Positions 24,766 to 36,019 of a stretch of DNA of 64,000 nucleotides are shown here, one piece after another. Each line of letters starts with the position of its first letter. The stretch's first letter is position 1. Made by a program: the position numbers and the translations under genes. The notes beneath the pieces are model-generated. The model was not told the DNA's origin. It saw nothing but the letters and a program-made list of their open reading frames with translations, and searched no databases. The stretch is from Raillietiella orientalis (taxonomy: Eukaryota). Location of the stretch: contig JAYWIR010000024.1 of the NCBI GenBank assembly GCA_036172245.1, forward strand, positions 2,542,001-2,606,000, in the 5' to 3' direction.

Positions 24766-25949
24766 GAGGGGTCTGCGGTCCTTCCGCTTCCGGGTTGCTG
24801 GTCGGGAAAATCCCTGGAGGCGATGCCGCCGCGCGGGCGACAGGCGTGGGACCGTCCGGACGCCGCCATCAGCCTGCACGGCGCCGACCTCTCGCCGCGC
24901 GCACACGCCGCCGGCGCGAAAGGCCAGAGCGAGCGCGCGCGGAAGGCGGCACCCGGAGCGTTCGCTCCCTTCGAGAGAATGAAGGTAAGGGGTGGGGGCA
25001 GTAGGGAGGGAAGGTAGGAGGCGTCCCTACAACCACCTTCGAGGATCCCATTCGACGCGGCAGAAGGCCTCCCCGGATCGCGTGCTCCCAGGATCTCCTT
25101 GGAGGTCCAACCTCTCCTGTCCGCCTGTCTTCCCTCGCCAGGCGAGAGTGGCCGTTACCGTTCCCCGGAGCCCCTCTGAGGGATGGAAAGGAGAGACAGA
25201 GGTCCTGCAGAAACCATCTGGCTTTCAGGAAGAGGGTTCCCGTCTTCCGATCCGTGAGCACCGGAGGGTGTCCTTGGAGACTCACGGGGATTCGGACGCT
25301 GGCCGGAGACGGCCACAGAGCGGCGTCCGACCTCTCCCAGCAGAGAAAAGAAGTCTGGACTCCTGCCTTTGCCCGATGTCCCGGTGGACCTCCCTATCCC
25401 TCTCCCGCTCGCCAGCTGGCACAGCTCTTCGATCCGCCCTTCTGCTTCCACCCTCCCCCCTTCCACTCCCTATCTCCAAGAAGGCGATGCTTCCAAGCCG
25501 CCAATTCCTGTGATGAGGAGCGGAGGAAGGCAGGTAGCGCCATTCGCTTCCGGTGGGGAAAAGGAGGTGTTGTTTCCGCACCTTCGGCAGGGAAAGCGCG
25601 CTGACTCGGGCGTAGCTGTGGACCAGCGCTTCCCAGGTCCTGAGGATGGATCTCCTCTCCCTTTTCCGAGGAGGAAGAGCCGGGGCATCCTCTGGGGACT
25701 GCGAGCTCCTTGACATGGGGGCGGCAGGGTCTTTCCAGTCTTTTCGTGCTGAGGTTCCCAGGTCGGCTCGCCAAGTCCACCTGGATTCCCCCGCATTCCT
25801 CTGATGCGCCGCCGCTGGCGTCTGCCGCGAGGAGACGAAGGGGGAGGGAGGGACGACAGGCAGCTGCAGCAAACCCCTTCAAGGGATCAGCGAGTGTTCT
25901 CGCTAGCCTCCTCGGAGAGAGGGGGTGCCTCGCCTCTCCCGAGGACCTC

Positions 25950-26233
25950 GATGTCGGGCAGGTGAGCTCCCGGAAGGCCGAGTCCGCGAGCAGGGGAAGA
26001 GAAAGGGCGTCCCGGATCGATCTCCGTCGCCCTCCCCTCTCCCCGCTCCCGTCCTCCAGACAGGCGCGTTCGAGGTTTCCTCCGCCTCGATCCAGGATGA
26101 CGCCCTCGCCTCGGAGAGGCGACGCCGTGAGCAAGAAGAGGGCACCCTCCTTCTCGCCGGCGGGCTGCGGACGCGCGAAAGAGCGATGCCTCCTCGAGAG
26201 CAGCAGGAGGGAGAAAAACGGGATAACGAAGGA
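25950..26233 (+). repeat. Inverted repeat right arm
   Basis: Reverse-complement match to 24487-24765; encodes ASRIDL, similar to the endonuclease SRID motif. Confidence 0.85.
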
Positions 26234-28009
26234 GGTGAGTTTCCGCAGGGGTCGGCAAGGGGGCGCAGATCCCTCTCCGAAGAGAGTGAGGCGACGGCAC
26301 GTGTTCCCTCCAGGAAAGAGGGCCTGGGTGGGACTCCTCGTTCTGGAGCAGCCTCTGGGAGTCTCCCGTCTCCTTTTCTTTCAGCTCTTCCCTTCCCCCC
26401 ATTCTTCACCTGGAGGCTTCCCCCTCGTTTCCTCCTCAAGCTAGCAGCTCTGGAGCGGCGGCGACTTCCACGCTGCGTGCGCTGCTCTCCCCGCCTCTTC
26501 CTAGTGGGTGCGGGACCGTGACATCACTCATCCCTCCCTCGGAGATTCGCTTCCTCGCTCCCCCTCCCCTTCCCTTCCCTCCTCCCCGTGGACGCCAGCG
26601 GGGGGTCCGGGCGCGGGCGCAAAAAACCGCATGGGCTCCGTGTTTGGTCAGCGGGCTCAACCGCGCGCGTGATGGATGCCCAGCAATTAGCGGCGAGGAC
26701 CCCCTCCCGGGAGCCGGGAACGGGCCCGGGTGCCGGGAGCGCACATTCAAGCCGCCTGCTTACGGCGGCCGGCAGGACGCGCCCGGGGCCTCCAGGCTTT
26801 CCCCGGCGACAGCCGCAGGGCTAGAGGGGTGAAACTGGGGATCGCAAGGGAGGGAAGGAGACGAAGGAAAGAGGTCTCTTTTCCCTCCCTCCCTCCCTTT
26901 CTCTCCAGTTTTTCCGCTCCTGTCCTTTCTTTACAGGATTCGGAGAACATGGCCTGCCTAGGAACCCTGGAACCAGGGTCTGACTCGCCGGACCCCAGTA
27001 CACTGCGCCTCCGGGAAGGCTCCCGTCAGCGTCCGCGCTGCTCCGATGCGCCAGAGGTAATCTACGGCCACCCTTCCCCCCCCCCCCCCTGCCCCCTTCT
27101 TTCTCGGATCGCCCATCCCCGCCGGGGAGCAGCCAACACTTTTCCTCCCTTCCCTACTGTCCCTTCCAGGACGGGCCGTGGTTCTCCACCTGGAGGCCGC
27201 GGCGGCACCAGGGAGACTTTGGGGAGAGAAGCTCGCGGACTCATCTCGTGCCGCTCTCCTCCCGTGTAGCAGAGCTCTGCGCGGGCGCGTCACCGTTCCT
27301 CGTCGCGGCAGAGAGCGCAGGCGCCGCTCCGTGCTGTTCGACCAATCCGGGGATTCGCAGGGCCGCGGAGGGCGCGAGGCGGCATCCCGCGCCAGCGGCT
27401 GCCGTGGATGTCGGCTGCTTGGGATACGGAAGAAGGCGGGGTCCGCGCTGGTGGGACTAGAGATGGCAAGAGTCGCGCCAGCAGTGATCCAAAGTTTCCT
27501 TTGCCTCGGTGGTTACCGCGAGTGAGTCATCCGCTGCCACCCGTAGCAACCAGCAGACTGGCAGTAACAAAGAAGGTGGAGACGATGTTCACTTTCCCGC
27601 CCTTCCTCAGGATGACTGCAGAAACGAAGGGCTGGTACGGGGGAAGATGGGAAGAGGAAGAGTCGGCCCGAGATCTCCGACTCCCTCCCTTCCTTCCCCT
27701 TGCCCACTTTCTCGGGAGCGGCCGCTCCTTCGCGTATGCAGCGCGAGGTGGTGGAGCTGGCATGCGGAGATCGCGTATCTCTGCACTCCTCCATGCCATC
27801 CCAATCGTCGGGTCACCTGTCGCTGTTGCTGCTTGGCGACCACCCGACGTCGCCATGGATCCTGCGTTTCTCCTCAGGTAGCAACATTGGTTTCTCCGGT
27901 GATCGTCACCAAGTCCTCTTGAGTCTCTGCCGCCGACTCATCGTGGGAAGGTGCCATCTTCATCTTCTTGCCTCTTCCTTTCCCTTCCGAACGTGCTCGG
28001 AAGTAGGAA

Positions 28010-28225
28010 CGATGGGGGAGGAAGAGACTGCACAAAGCGAGGTGGGACAGCTGCGGCGGAAGAGAGGAAGAGATGAGGAGAAGGAAGAAAGGAACAAGAA
28101 GTGGAGGAGGAACAGAGGAAGAGGTGGAAGAAGAAGAAGAGAGGAAGAGGAGAAAAAGGAGGAAGAGAGGAAGATGAGTAAGGAAAAAACAGGAGGAACA
28201 GAAGAAGAGGAGACAGAGAAGATGG
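28010..28225. repeat. GA-rich low-complexity (GAA/GAG) tract
   Basis: Predominantly purine run on plus strand. Confidence 0.85.
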
Positions 28226-28899
28226 GGTCGAGGCTGCTTGCCTCAGGTTGTCGTCATGGACTTGCATTCCAAGGAAACCTATCCCGGAGCGGATGCTGAA
28301 CTGAGCTCGCTCATCTTTCTAGACGTCCTCCTCCTCTTCCTCAACTCCCAGGAGCATCGGGTCTCCTCCACATCTATGCCTAGCAATCCTCCATCTTCCT
28401 CTCTGCTACCTCACCCATCCCTCTCCCTTCTTCCACAAGCGAGTCGTAGTCACGCACGCATCCCCGTGATTTATCGGTTCGTGACGTCAACTGTTTGGGA
28501 TACAAATTATCTCTCTCTCTCTCTCCTTCTCCTCATTAACCTCCCCCTCTACTTGCTTCTCCCCCCCCTCATTCCTCACTCCCTTCTGAATAACCGCCGT
28601 TGCCCTGGAAACGCGGAGCACCTCTCCGCACGTGAACAGGAGTTGCGCGCCGAAGGATGCGCGGCCTCTCGCGAGCTGAGATGGCCGTCGTCTCTGTCCT
28701 GCTTCCCGTGGGGCGCATCTTTTCCGGTTTTCCCACAGCCTCATCCTTTCTCCTCCTGCGCACGCCGCGTCCCTCCCGCCACCTGTCGATTGAGAGGGTC
28801 CCCTCGCCTCGTCGGGCGTTCCCCTCTGCCAGGCGTGAGGAGACCGGACGTTTCCGGGCGGGAAGCCGCCCCCGCCTCTCTCCCCCTCTTCCTCCTCAA

Positions 28900-29760
28900 C
28901 TGCACGCACCCTCCCTCTCCTCCCACTGCTTCCTGGGAGGCGGACCGAGAGGTGAGGCAGGCTCGGACCCTCATAGCTCCAAGGTCTACAGCGGTTTCCA
29001 GGGAGCTCCTCCCTCACGGGGTTCGAGTTTCCATTGCGCCAGCTGGCGGGAAACCCTATCCCTCTCCATCTTTCCAACGGGTTGCCGTCGGACAAGTCCG
29101 GACTGCCGATGGTGTCCGTGGTAACGATCTCGATTCGTCCTAGAGTTCTCCAGAGTGGAGCGCTGGTGGAAGGCAAGCTGCAGTCCTGCTCAATACCCTC
29201 TCCCGGGTTCGCAAGGAAGGGAGTTCCCTACGGAGAGAGAACGGGGAGCAGCCAACCTCTCCTCTGGGACGCGCGGTGGGTTTCGAGAAAGAAGGTGAGC
29301 AAGATGGGGGCGAAGTTGCATCGAGGCAAAAGCGTGCCACCTGGAGGAACGCTGCTGCGCGTCGAGACCTCGCAAATGTAGTCCAGATGAGAGACGACAG
29401 GAAGGATGCTCGTAGAAGCATTCCCTAGACCCGGCCCCTCCGCATTCATGACACATCGGAAACCCGCTCCACCTGGGACAGTGCAGGTTTCGAAGATCCG
29501 AGCTCTCGAGAGCCGCCTAGCGAGCGTGCCCGAGAAGTGCCCTGGAGAATCATGGCGGCCGGTTGGCTCCTCCAGTCAAAGGGAGAGCCGAGGAAGGAGA
29601 GAAGCAGCCCGCCGATGCCTCCCTCTGAGAGGGTTCTCGACAGCAGATTTAGCGACCTCAGCGGTAGGAGGGACAGGCGGAGGATGTCTGGGGTGCCAGA
29701 TCTCCGGTAAGGTTTCGACAAGAAGGACAGTAGCTCCAAAGAAAGCAGTAAGAGGTCAAG
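28900..29760 (-). mobile_element. L1/Tx1-like ORF1 knuckle and endonuclease relic
   Basis: CHECGGAG (C..CG..GH-like) followed by TFFLETH (LQETH motif). Confidence 0.38.
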
Positions 29761-31499
29761 TGTCCTGCCTACGGAGGGAAACTCGAAAAAACCCTCTCCC
29801 TTGGCTATGGATCCCTCTGCTACGCGCTTGCGTCTGCCTCGCGGTCGCTCGCAACCAGGGTAACCGTTTCTCTGGTTCGCAGTGCTCTGCTTCCGTCAAG
29901 ATGATGGCCAGGCAGCAGTGGAATCTACTATGACTGCTGCGATGTCGACTATTGCCGCTGCTGTTTCAAATTCCATCTCCACAATAACTTCGACAAACTC
30001 TGGTTCGACTACTACTGGTACAAATTATACGGGGCTACTACGACTACTACAGAAACAAACTCCACTACTACTGCTAACACAGATGCGTCTTCCATTGGTA
30101 CAGGAAGCGTCTTGTGTGGTTTCGTGGTGAAAAGAGGAATAACGAAATCAGGTCAATCGGAAACCACCAGTACCGTAGCCACTGAGGTCTCCGCCTGACG
30201 CTTTAATTCCTCCTTACGACGATCAGCACTGCTACCATCACAACTTCCTGGTACGCACTGGTGCCCGGGCGAAGCAACCTCAGTTCTTGGAGGTGCTCCA
30301 GGGAATAATAAGGAGAGGAATCAGGGACAGTAGCGGATAAGTCCTCTTTCCGTCTCAGCCACCTCAGCATTGGCTCTTTCCAGGAAGCAGGGCGCGCCGA
30401 GATCCCTCATTTCTAGCGGCCGAGCTCCTGATGGAACGTTCGGCTCCAGGAGCTGCGGGAAAGGCGGCCGTGCGGAGCGACAGTGCAGGAGAGGAGATGC
30501 TGGGAGAGCTCCCTACCCAAGCAAACCACACCGAACTTGCCGAGTGACTAGCCTCTCCCAGATCCCCTGGGTGCGCTGCTGTGTCCTTTCTCCGCGTCTC
30601 TTTCTCCCAGCGGGAAGGGGATGGGGTCGAGGGTCAAACGGGGAGGGGAGCGTCCTTCTCGGAGACGATGGCCGGGTGCAAGGCTCAGAAAGAGAGGCAG
30701 GGATGTCCACTGCAAACCGGTGGGCAAGAAGGGTTCCTGCGAATTGCTCGTTTTGCCATGGAAACGTCGTGTTTACATTCGATCCTCTCCGACGCGGACG
30801 GGCATTCCTGAGGCGGAATGAGACGTGACACTAGGAAATGATACGTCCACGTGATGGATCGCTTCCACCATGTTGTCAGGGAGTCACCTGGAAAAGGAAA
30901 AAGGAAAAAAAAGTGACTTCATTACGCCTCGCGTCGCGCTCCAGCTCTTCTCCGAGAGAGAGGGAGAGAGGAAGCGAGCGAGCGATGGACCGGGAAGGGA
31001 AGCCATCCTGCACGGGCGAGGGTTCTCCATCGATCATACGCGTACGAGGCGAAGTCAAACGACGGTTCGCGCTTTCTGTTCCCGGAACCTCCCAAAGTGG
31101 CACCCTGGTTCCCTTGCTAGTCAGATTGATGACGGCGGTTCGTATCCCTCCGTCTCCGGAGTAACGGATGGGCTTGGCTGGATGAAGATGCAACCTCTGG
31201 CCTTGACAGAACAGCGCGAAGCGGATGGATGCCGGGATAGCACTCGTTGGACGCTCGAAGGCGGCGGCGGCGGCAGCGGTTAACTCCGACCTTTCATTCC
31301 AAGGTGACCCCTACCGCCACCGTTTCCTTCTTCCAGCCGCGCGCCTTCTGGTGGCCATCCTTTGATGAAAGAAGGACCCAGGACACGGGAGACTCCCTGA
31401 GCGCGCTCGAAGCGCCGGCTCTCACCCTGAACGGTCCGACTAGATCTCCTTCTGAGCCTCGTCATGACCTTCAGCGATCTTCCCCCTTTACATCCCTTC

Positions 31500-32050
31500 T
31501 CTCGGAAGAGAGAACACGAACGGAGGGGACTCTTCTGCTAACTGCTCCCTGCTGTCCCGGAAAATCAGCCGCCTTGGTTCTTCTTGCAGAGAGCAGCTCA
31601 AGGAAAGAAGGCGCGGCGGAAGGGTTGTGCCAAACAACACTTCCGGTCTGGTTGGACGCTGATTCCGAAGAGTTTCTTTCCTCGAGATCTTTCAGTGCCT
31701 GGAGGCATAGACAGGACACAAAATAAGCTCAGGAGAAGAACCGACACTGTCTTTCCAGAACGTCCTCCAGCAGTCAGCCCTTGGGAGAGAATTCCTTGCA
31801 TCCTCTCCGGATGCATCCTCGCTGGGACACGGTCTTGCACTTGTTTGTGGGACCCTTGAGAAAAATTCTGGATGGTAGTAAGAACACGTGGCGAAATCCT
31901 CAAGCAGCAGCATCTCTCTGGAGTCTCTGCCTCTCTCCCCTAAAAATCGCGCTGCTGTGGACTCGGCTCCCTCACTAGGCGGCAGAGCGTGGCTGGTTCT
32001 GGAAAATCCCAGGCTGAGGAGCAGGAAGAACAATCGTAACAGGCTGCAGG
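31500..32050 (+). mobile_element. L1-like ORF2 C-terminal relic
   Basis: WDTVLHLFVG resembles E/DT..HLF..C of the CCHC finger. Confidence 0.3.
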
Positions 32051-33399
32051 AGCAACGAGGACAGGCTGCAGGTTCGAATGGTCAGCGCGAATCTTCCACT
32101 TCAGCACTTGTCCCGATGGAAACCCGTCAGACGACCTCACCTGCTCCAGACCCTAGGTTTCAACAACCCGCGGGCGGGTTCCGGAGGAAGGAGAGCGGCG
32201 TGGCTCGTCCCTCAGTGAGGCTAGCCGGAGAACTCACCTTTCCAATAAGGGCTTAGAGGCGACGCGTCCCTCCAGCGTCCCTCTGGAGCAGGCTCTCTCC
32301 GAGCCAAAAAAGACGAGGAATTTCGCCCCCCTCTCCCTGTGCGGTACCACTCCTGCCACTGGCTGAACGTCCCTGAGCTGGAACGCGCAAGGCTCCGTGC
32401 GTTGGCTTGGACGTTTCTGGAACTCTCGCGCGCGGTCACCTCGGAGCGGAGAAGGGAGGAGAGAACGGTCGGTTTGCCCGTCAGCTTGGAAACGGGAGGG
32501 AGACTCGTTCTGGGAAGAGAGGGGAGGATTGCTCCCAGGATCGGAAAAGGGAGGTCCGGAACGGAGGCTCGGGAGTGTCCTCCCTGGTGGGAAGATAACG
32601 CAGGATGAAGGGCCCATCCTCTGCTCCGGTCGGAGCGCTGGAATGAGGGCAGCGGGTGGGTAGTTTGGAATCCCGCGAAGAAGAGGCTTCCGAGAGCGGA
32701 TGACGAGACGAAACGGGAGGCCTCTCCGTGCGGTCGAGAGAAGGAAGGGGGAGGGTACGAATTCGCGAATGGGGCTGTCTGAGGGTCCGGGCTCAGCGAG
32801 AAGAGATGACCGGTGGTGGAAGGAGCGAACGCGGATTTCGGGCCGTTCTCTCCCACCTCTCCTGCACTCCCCCGCGCTGTCACGAACGCGCGAGAGAGCA
32901 CGCCCGCCGCCCGCCCGCTTTCCCAGGGCAAATCGATTGCCCGCATTGTTTTGCGTGCTGCGTGAACCCGTGTTTACAAACACGGAGCCCGGCGCGGAAT
33001 CCCTCAAAGGCGAAAGGCCAGCTCCGATCCAGGAAGCCGTCCGGAGGAGCAGCCGCGACAAACACGTGCGACGACGCGCGAGTGGTTTCCCTCGCAGCGG
33101 CGTGGGCATGGAAACGAGCGGGGAAAAAAAAAAAAAAAAAAACACCGCCTGGGCTGCGACGTTCCTCCCAATGAGGACTTCTTTCCTCGACGTGTAACAA
33201 ACTACGATGATGATGAGATTGGCCGCGCCAGCATGTTATTTGCCAGCCTATAATCAGAGGTGGACGATCCGTCAATGGCGAGAGAGCACGTCGGTACAGA
33301 GAGACGTGCGTATGCAATCAGCGAAGCCCCGCATCTTAAATAAACATCGGCTCGTTACCGAAAATCCTCCGGGAGGAATTCGATCTTTGGGAAAAAGAA

Positions 33400-34200
33400 A
33401 AAGATAAGAAAAGGAAAGAAAAGAAAGTTCCTACCATCTGAAGGATGGGGAGATTTTTCTCGGCTCCGAGGAGGGGATCTATGCCTGTTGCCGTGGAAGC
33501 GAGTGGCGAGGGTCCAGGCCCGACTTTGGTCCCCGCCGCTGTTATGAATTCGGCGTCATTGCTCGAGAATAGTGCGTCGATAGGAAGAATGATGGATTCC
33601 CTTCCATCCTTCGCCCTTCTCTTTGCCGCTGCCTTGGCAACAGCGTTCCCCAGAAACAAGGACAAAAAAGGATCCCACGTCCAGTGCTTAGTGGGAAACA
33701 AAAACCGGCTGGCGAAAATGCCTAGATACATGATCCTTTGGAAGCAGATTTATGATGCCAAAAATCAACGTAGATGCAAAGGCACTCGCGATAACGGAAA
33801 GATTGTTTTTTTTTTTTGCACGTGTTTTGTGTCTCATCTTTTTGTCGAGGGTTTCTTGATACAGCGTTTCTAGGATTTATGAGAGAGCAAGGAACCCCAC
33901 CCTCCTCGCCACCGATGGTGGTTTCTCGCCGGGTCTTCGCGCCGTATCGGTCGCGGAGTCTCGGCGACCGCCCCGAAGCTTCGAGAAGGTTCCGAGATGG
34001 TGGGGCGGCACAGATCTTGCGTCCGGGACTACCCCCGACTCCCGGAGCAGTGCTTCCATGGGAGAGAGAGCGCCTCGGTTCGGAGAGCAGGGATGCGACT
34101 CTCGGCAAAGGAGGAGTAAGGGCTCTCTTAGCGAGGCACTGGCATGAGGGCCAGCCGCCTCACCGGCGCAGAAAGGCCGCATTTTTTTGGCAAGGGACGG
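33400..34200 (-). mobile_element. L1-like RT/thumb fragments
   Basis: LSHGSTAPGVGGSP (domain 0-like), IMYLGIF (YLG), KDGRESII (LS..GR..+I). Confidence 0.42.
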
Positions 34201-34351
34201 GGACAGGAGGTGCCCCCTACGAGTCAACCATGCAGCGCCCTCCGTCGCACGCAACACAACAGCGTCCAAGGAACCCTTCCGTTTTCGCTGGTTTCCTTCC
34301 AGCGTTTTCTTCCTTTTTTCGGGTTTTCCTCTTTTTTGTGTGTTCCGCTCA

Positions 34352-35950
34352 TCACTCGGTTGTGCCGGGGAGTCTATTCAAAAAAAAATGAACAAACAAT
34401 CTAGGAACAAAGTTCCCAGACAAAGACAAAAGAAGTTCAAGGGGAGGGCTCCATGCTTGTCGGGCACTATGAAAGTCCGGAACGGGAGGGAAGGGACCAC
34501 AAATATATATATAAAAAACATTACAAAAAAAGATATGGGGACAGGGGTCTTTTATGTTCGACTGTCGGCTGTTCTTTCTTTTCAGAACAGGCGTTGAATG
34601 CCGGCGATCTCCTTCCTTGTTTCTTCCTTGAGGTGAGGCCACTTAGCAGCCGTCCTCATGCTGGCAACTGCAATGCAGGTGACTTCCCTTCGTTCTGCTT
34701 GCGTCTCCAGCACTATTCGGGCCATGGCGATGGCGTAGGTGCATCTAATCGTTGCGATGAACACGCCTAGCGAGAGGCCGCCACGCATGAAGAACCACCG
34801 CATCACGTCGTCGATGGTGGTGTCCCCCTGGTGCAGGAGCGCTGAAGGCAGTCCTCCTCCACCGTCCTTGGAGGGCACCGCAGCCCAATAGCAGGTGCTC
34901 GAGTGATTTCACCGCTCCGCGCCTTCTACAGTTCGAGGAGGCAACTCCCCCGGAAACCATGTGCGTGCGCTGATTGCAATGGGACAGCAGCACCAGAAGC
35001 ACGCCCTGCTTCCAACGGAGGGGGTACGCAGAGGTGTGCGCACGCGAGGGAGGGACCACAAGTTCTTCGGGGGGGCACACTCAACAGCTCGCTCCACCGA
35101 AGGAGTCTTTTCGCTGGGTCATGAGTGGCGGAGTCTGACAGCTCGCTCGTCTTCCAGACGCCTAAGGGTCTGGCTGTCCAGCAAGCGTGCAGGGGACCTT
35201 CCACCCCGCCTGTAGGCAACTGTCATCGCTTGCTCTTAGGGCAAAAGGCGCTGCGGCAAGGGGCGTGGCGGCCAGGCAAGTCCACTTGTCCTGGTCCTGC
35301 AGCACATTTTCCAGCGAGGTTCGCCGAGTTCTAAAGAACCGTACACCTCCCTGAGGGGGAACGGATGGAGGGCTCGCGGAGCTCTTTAAACACCATTTAC
35401 GCCCCCCGAGAGTGCATTTCAACTCTTCAAATAAAAGTGTAACCCCGGAGGGACCACCCTATGAAGCCGGAGGAAGTTCCACTCACGATACTTGGTAGGC
35501 CCAACTTTCGGGCCGTCTTGCGGGATCTTAGATTTCTCGGTGCTTTCCCATCAACGAGATGCTGTTTCATCCGAAGAGCCTTGTCCTCATTGGCAGCCGT
35601 GTAGCCACAGCATGTTCACGAGGTGTCCAGCGTTGCGGGTTCGAGTGTCCCATAAGCTGACTGTCGCCGAGTTGGATGCGTCGAGGGTTTGGGGTCTCCG
35701 CACGATGGCGCTGAAATGGCCTAGGCATGGTCCGTTTATTAGACGGGAACCCTTTAGGGTCTCCCTTCCTGCTTCGCACGTACCTTGGGCGCGCGTGACA
35801 GTGGAAGAGCCTTGTGACCGAGCTCCCATGTGGCGGCGTTGCCAAGTTACCTCGATCCCCTCCCTCGTTGGCAAAGCAGCGGTTCTTGAGTACTCAGCGA
35901 ACCAGGAGAAGAAAAAAAAACAGCTGGAAGGGCGTAGCAAGGGGAGAAAA
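34352..35950 (-). mobile_element. L1/Tx1-like ORF2 relic with 3' end (copy 3, more divergent)
   Basis: LHGCQ/TRLPMRTRLF (QGCP.S..LF), YPLRWKQGVLL..CNQRTH, CRRRGAVKSLEHLLLGC, KWPHL..RKEIAGIQRL matching the other copies; T-rich UTR; AATAGA plus shared terminal motif. Confidence 0.75.
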
Positions 35951-36019
35951 TGAACCAGGATTCCATTGCTGAATCAGGTTCCTTGGACCAGTAGGGCAGG
36001 TCGATTGGATCCCGCTAAA

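Noticed and set aside
29882..30130. Thr/Ser-rich mucin-like ORF
   Set aside because: Explained by a decayed (ACT)n microsatellite; no splice or domain support.
31043..31230. TACGAGGCG mariner-TIR-like start with downstream MQPLALTEQR
   Set aside because: Only 9 nt match the 47421 element's terminus; no partner TIR or further transposase motifs.
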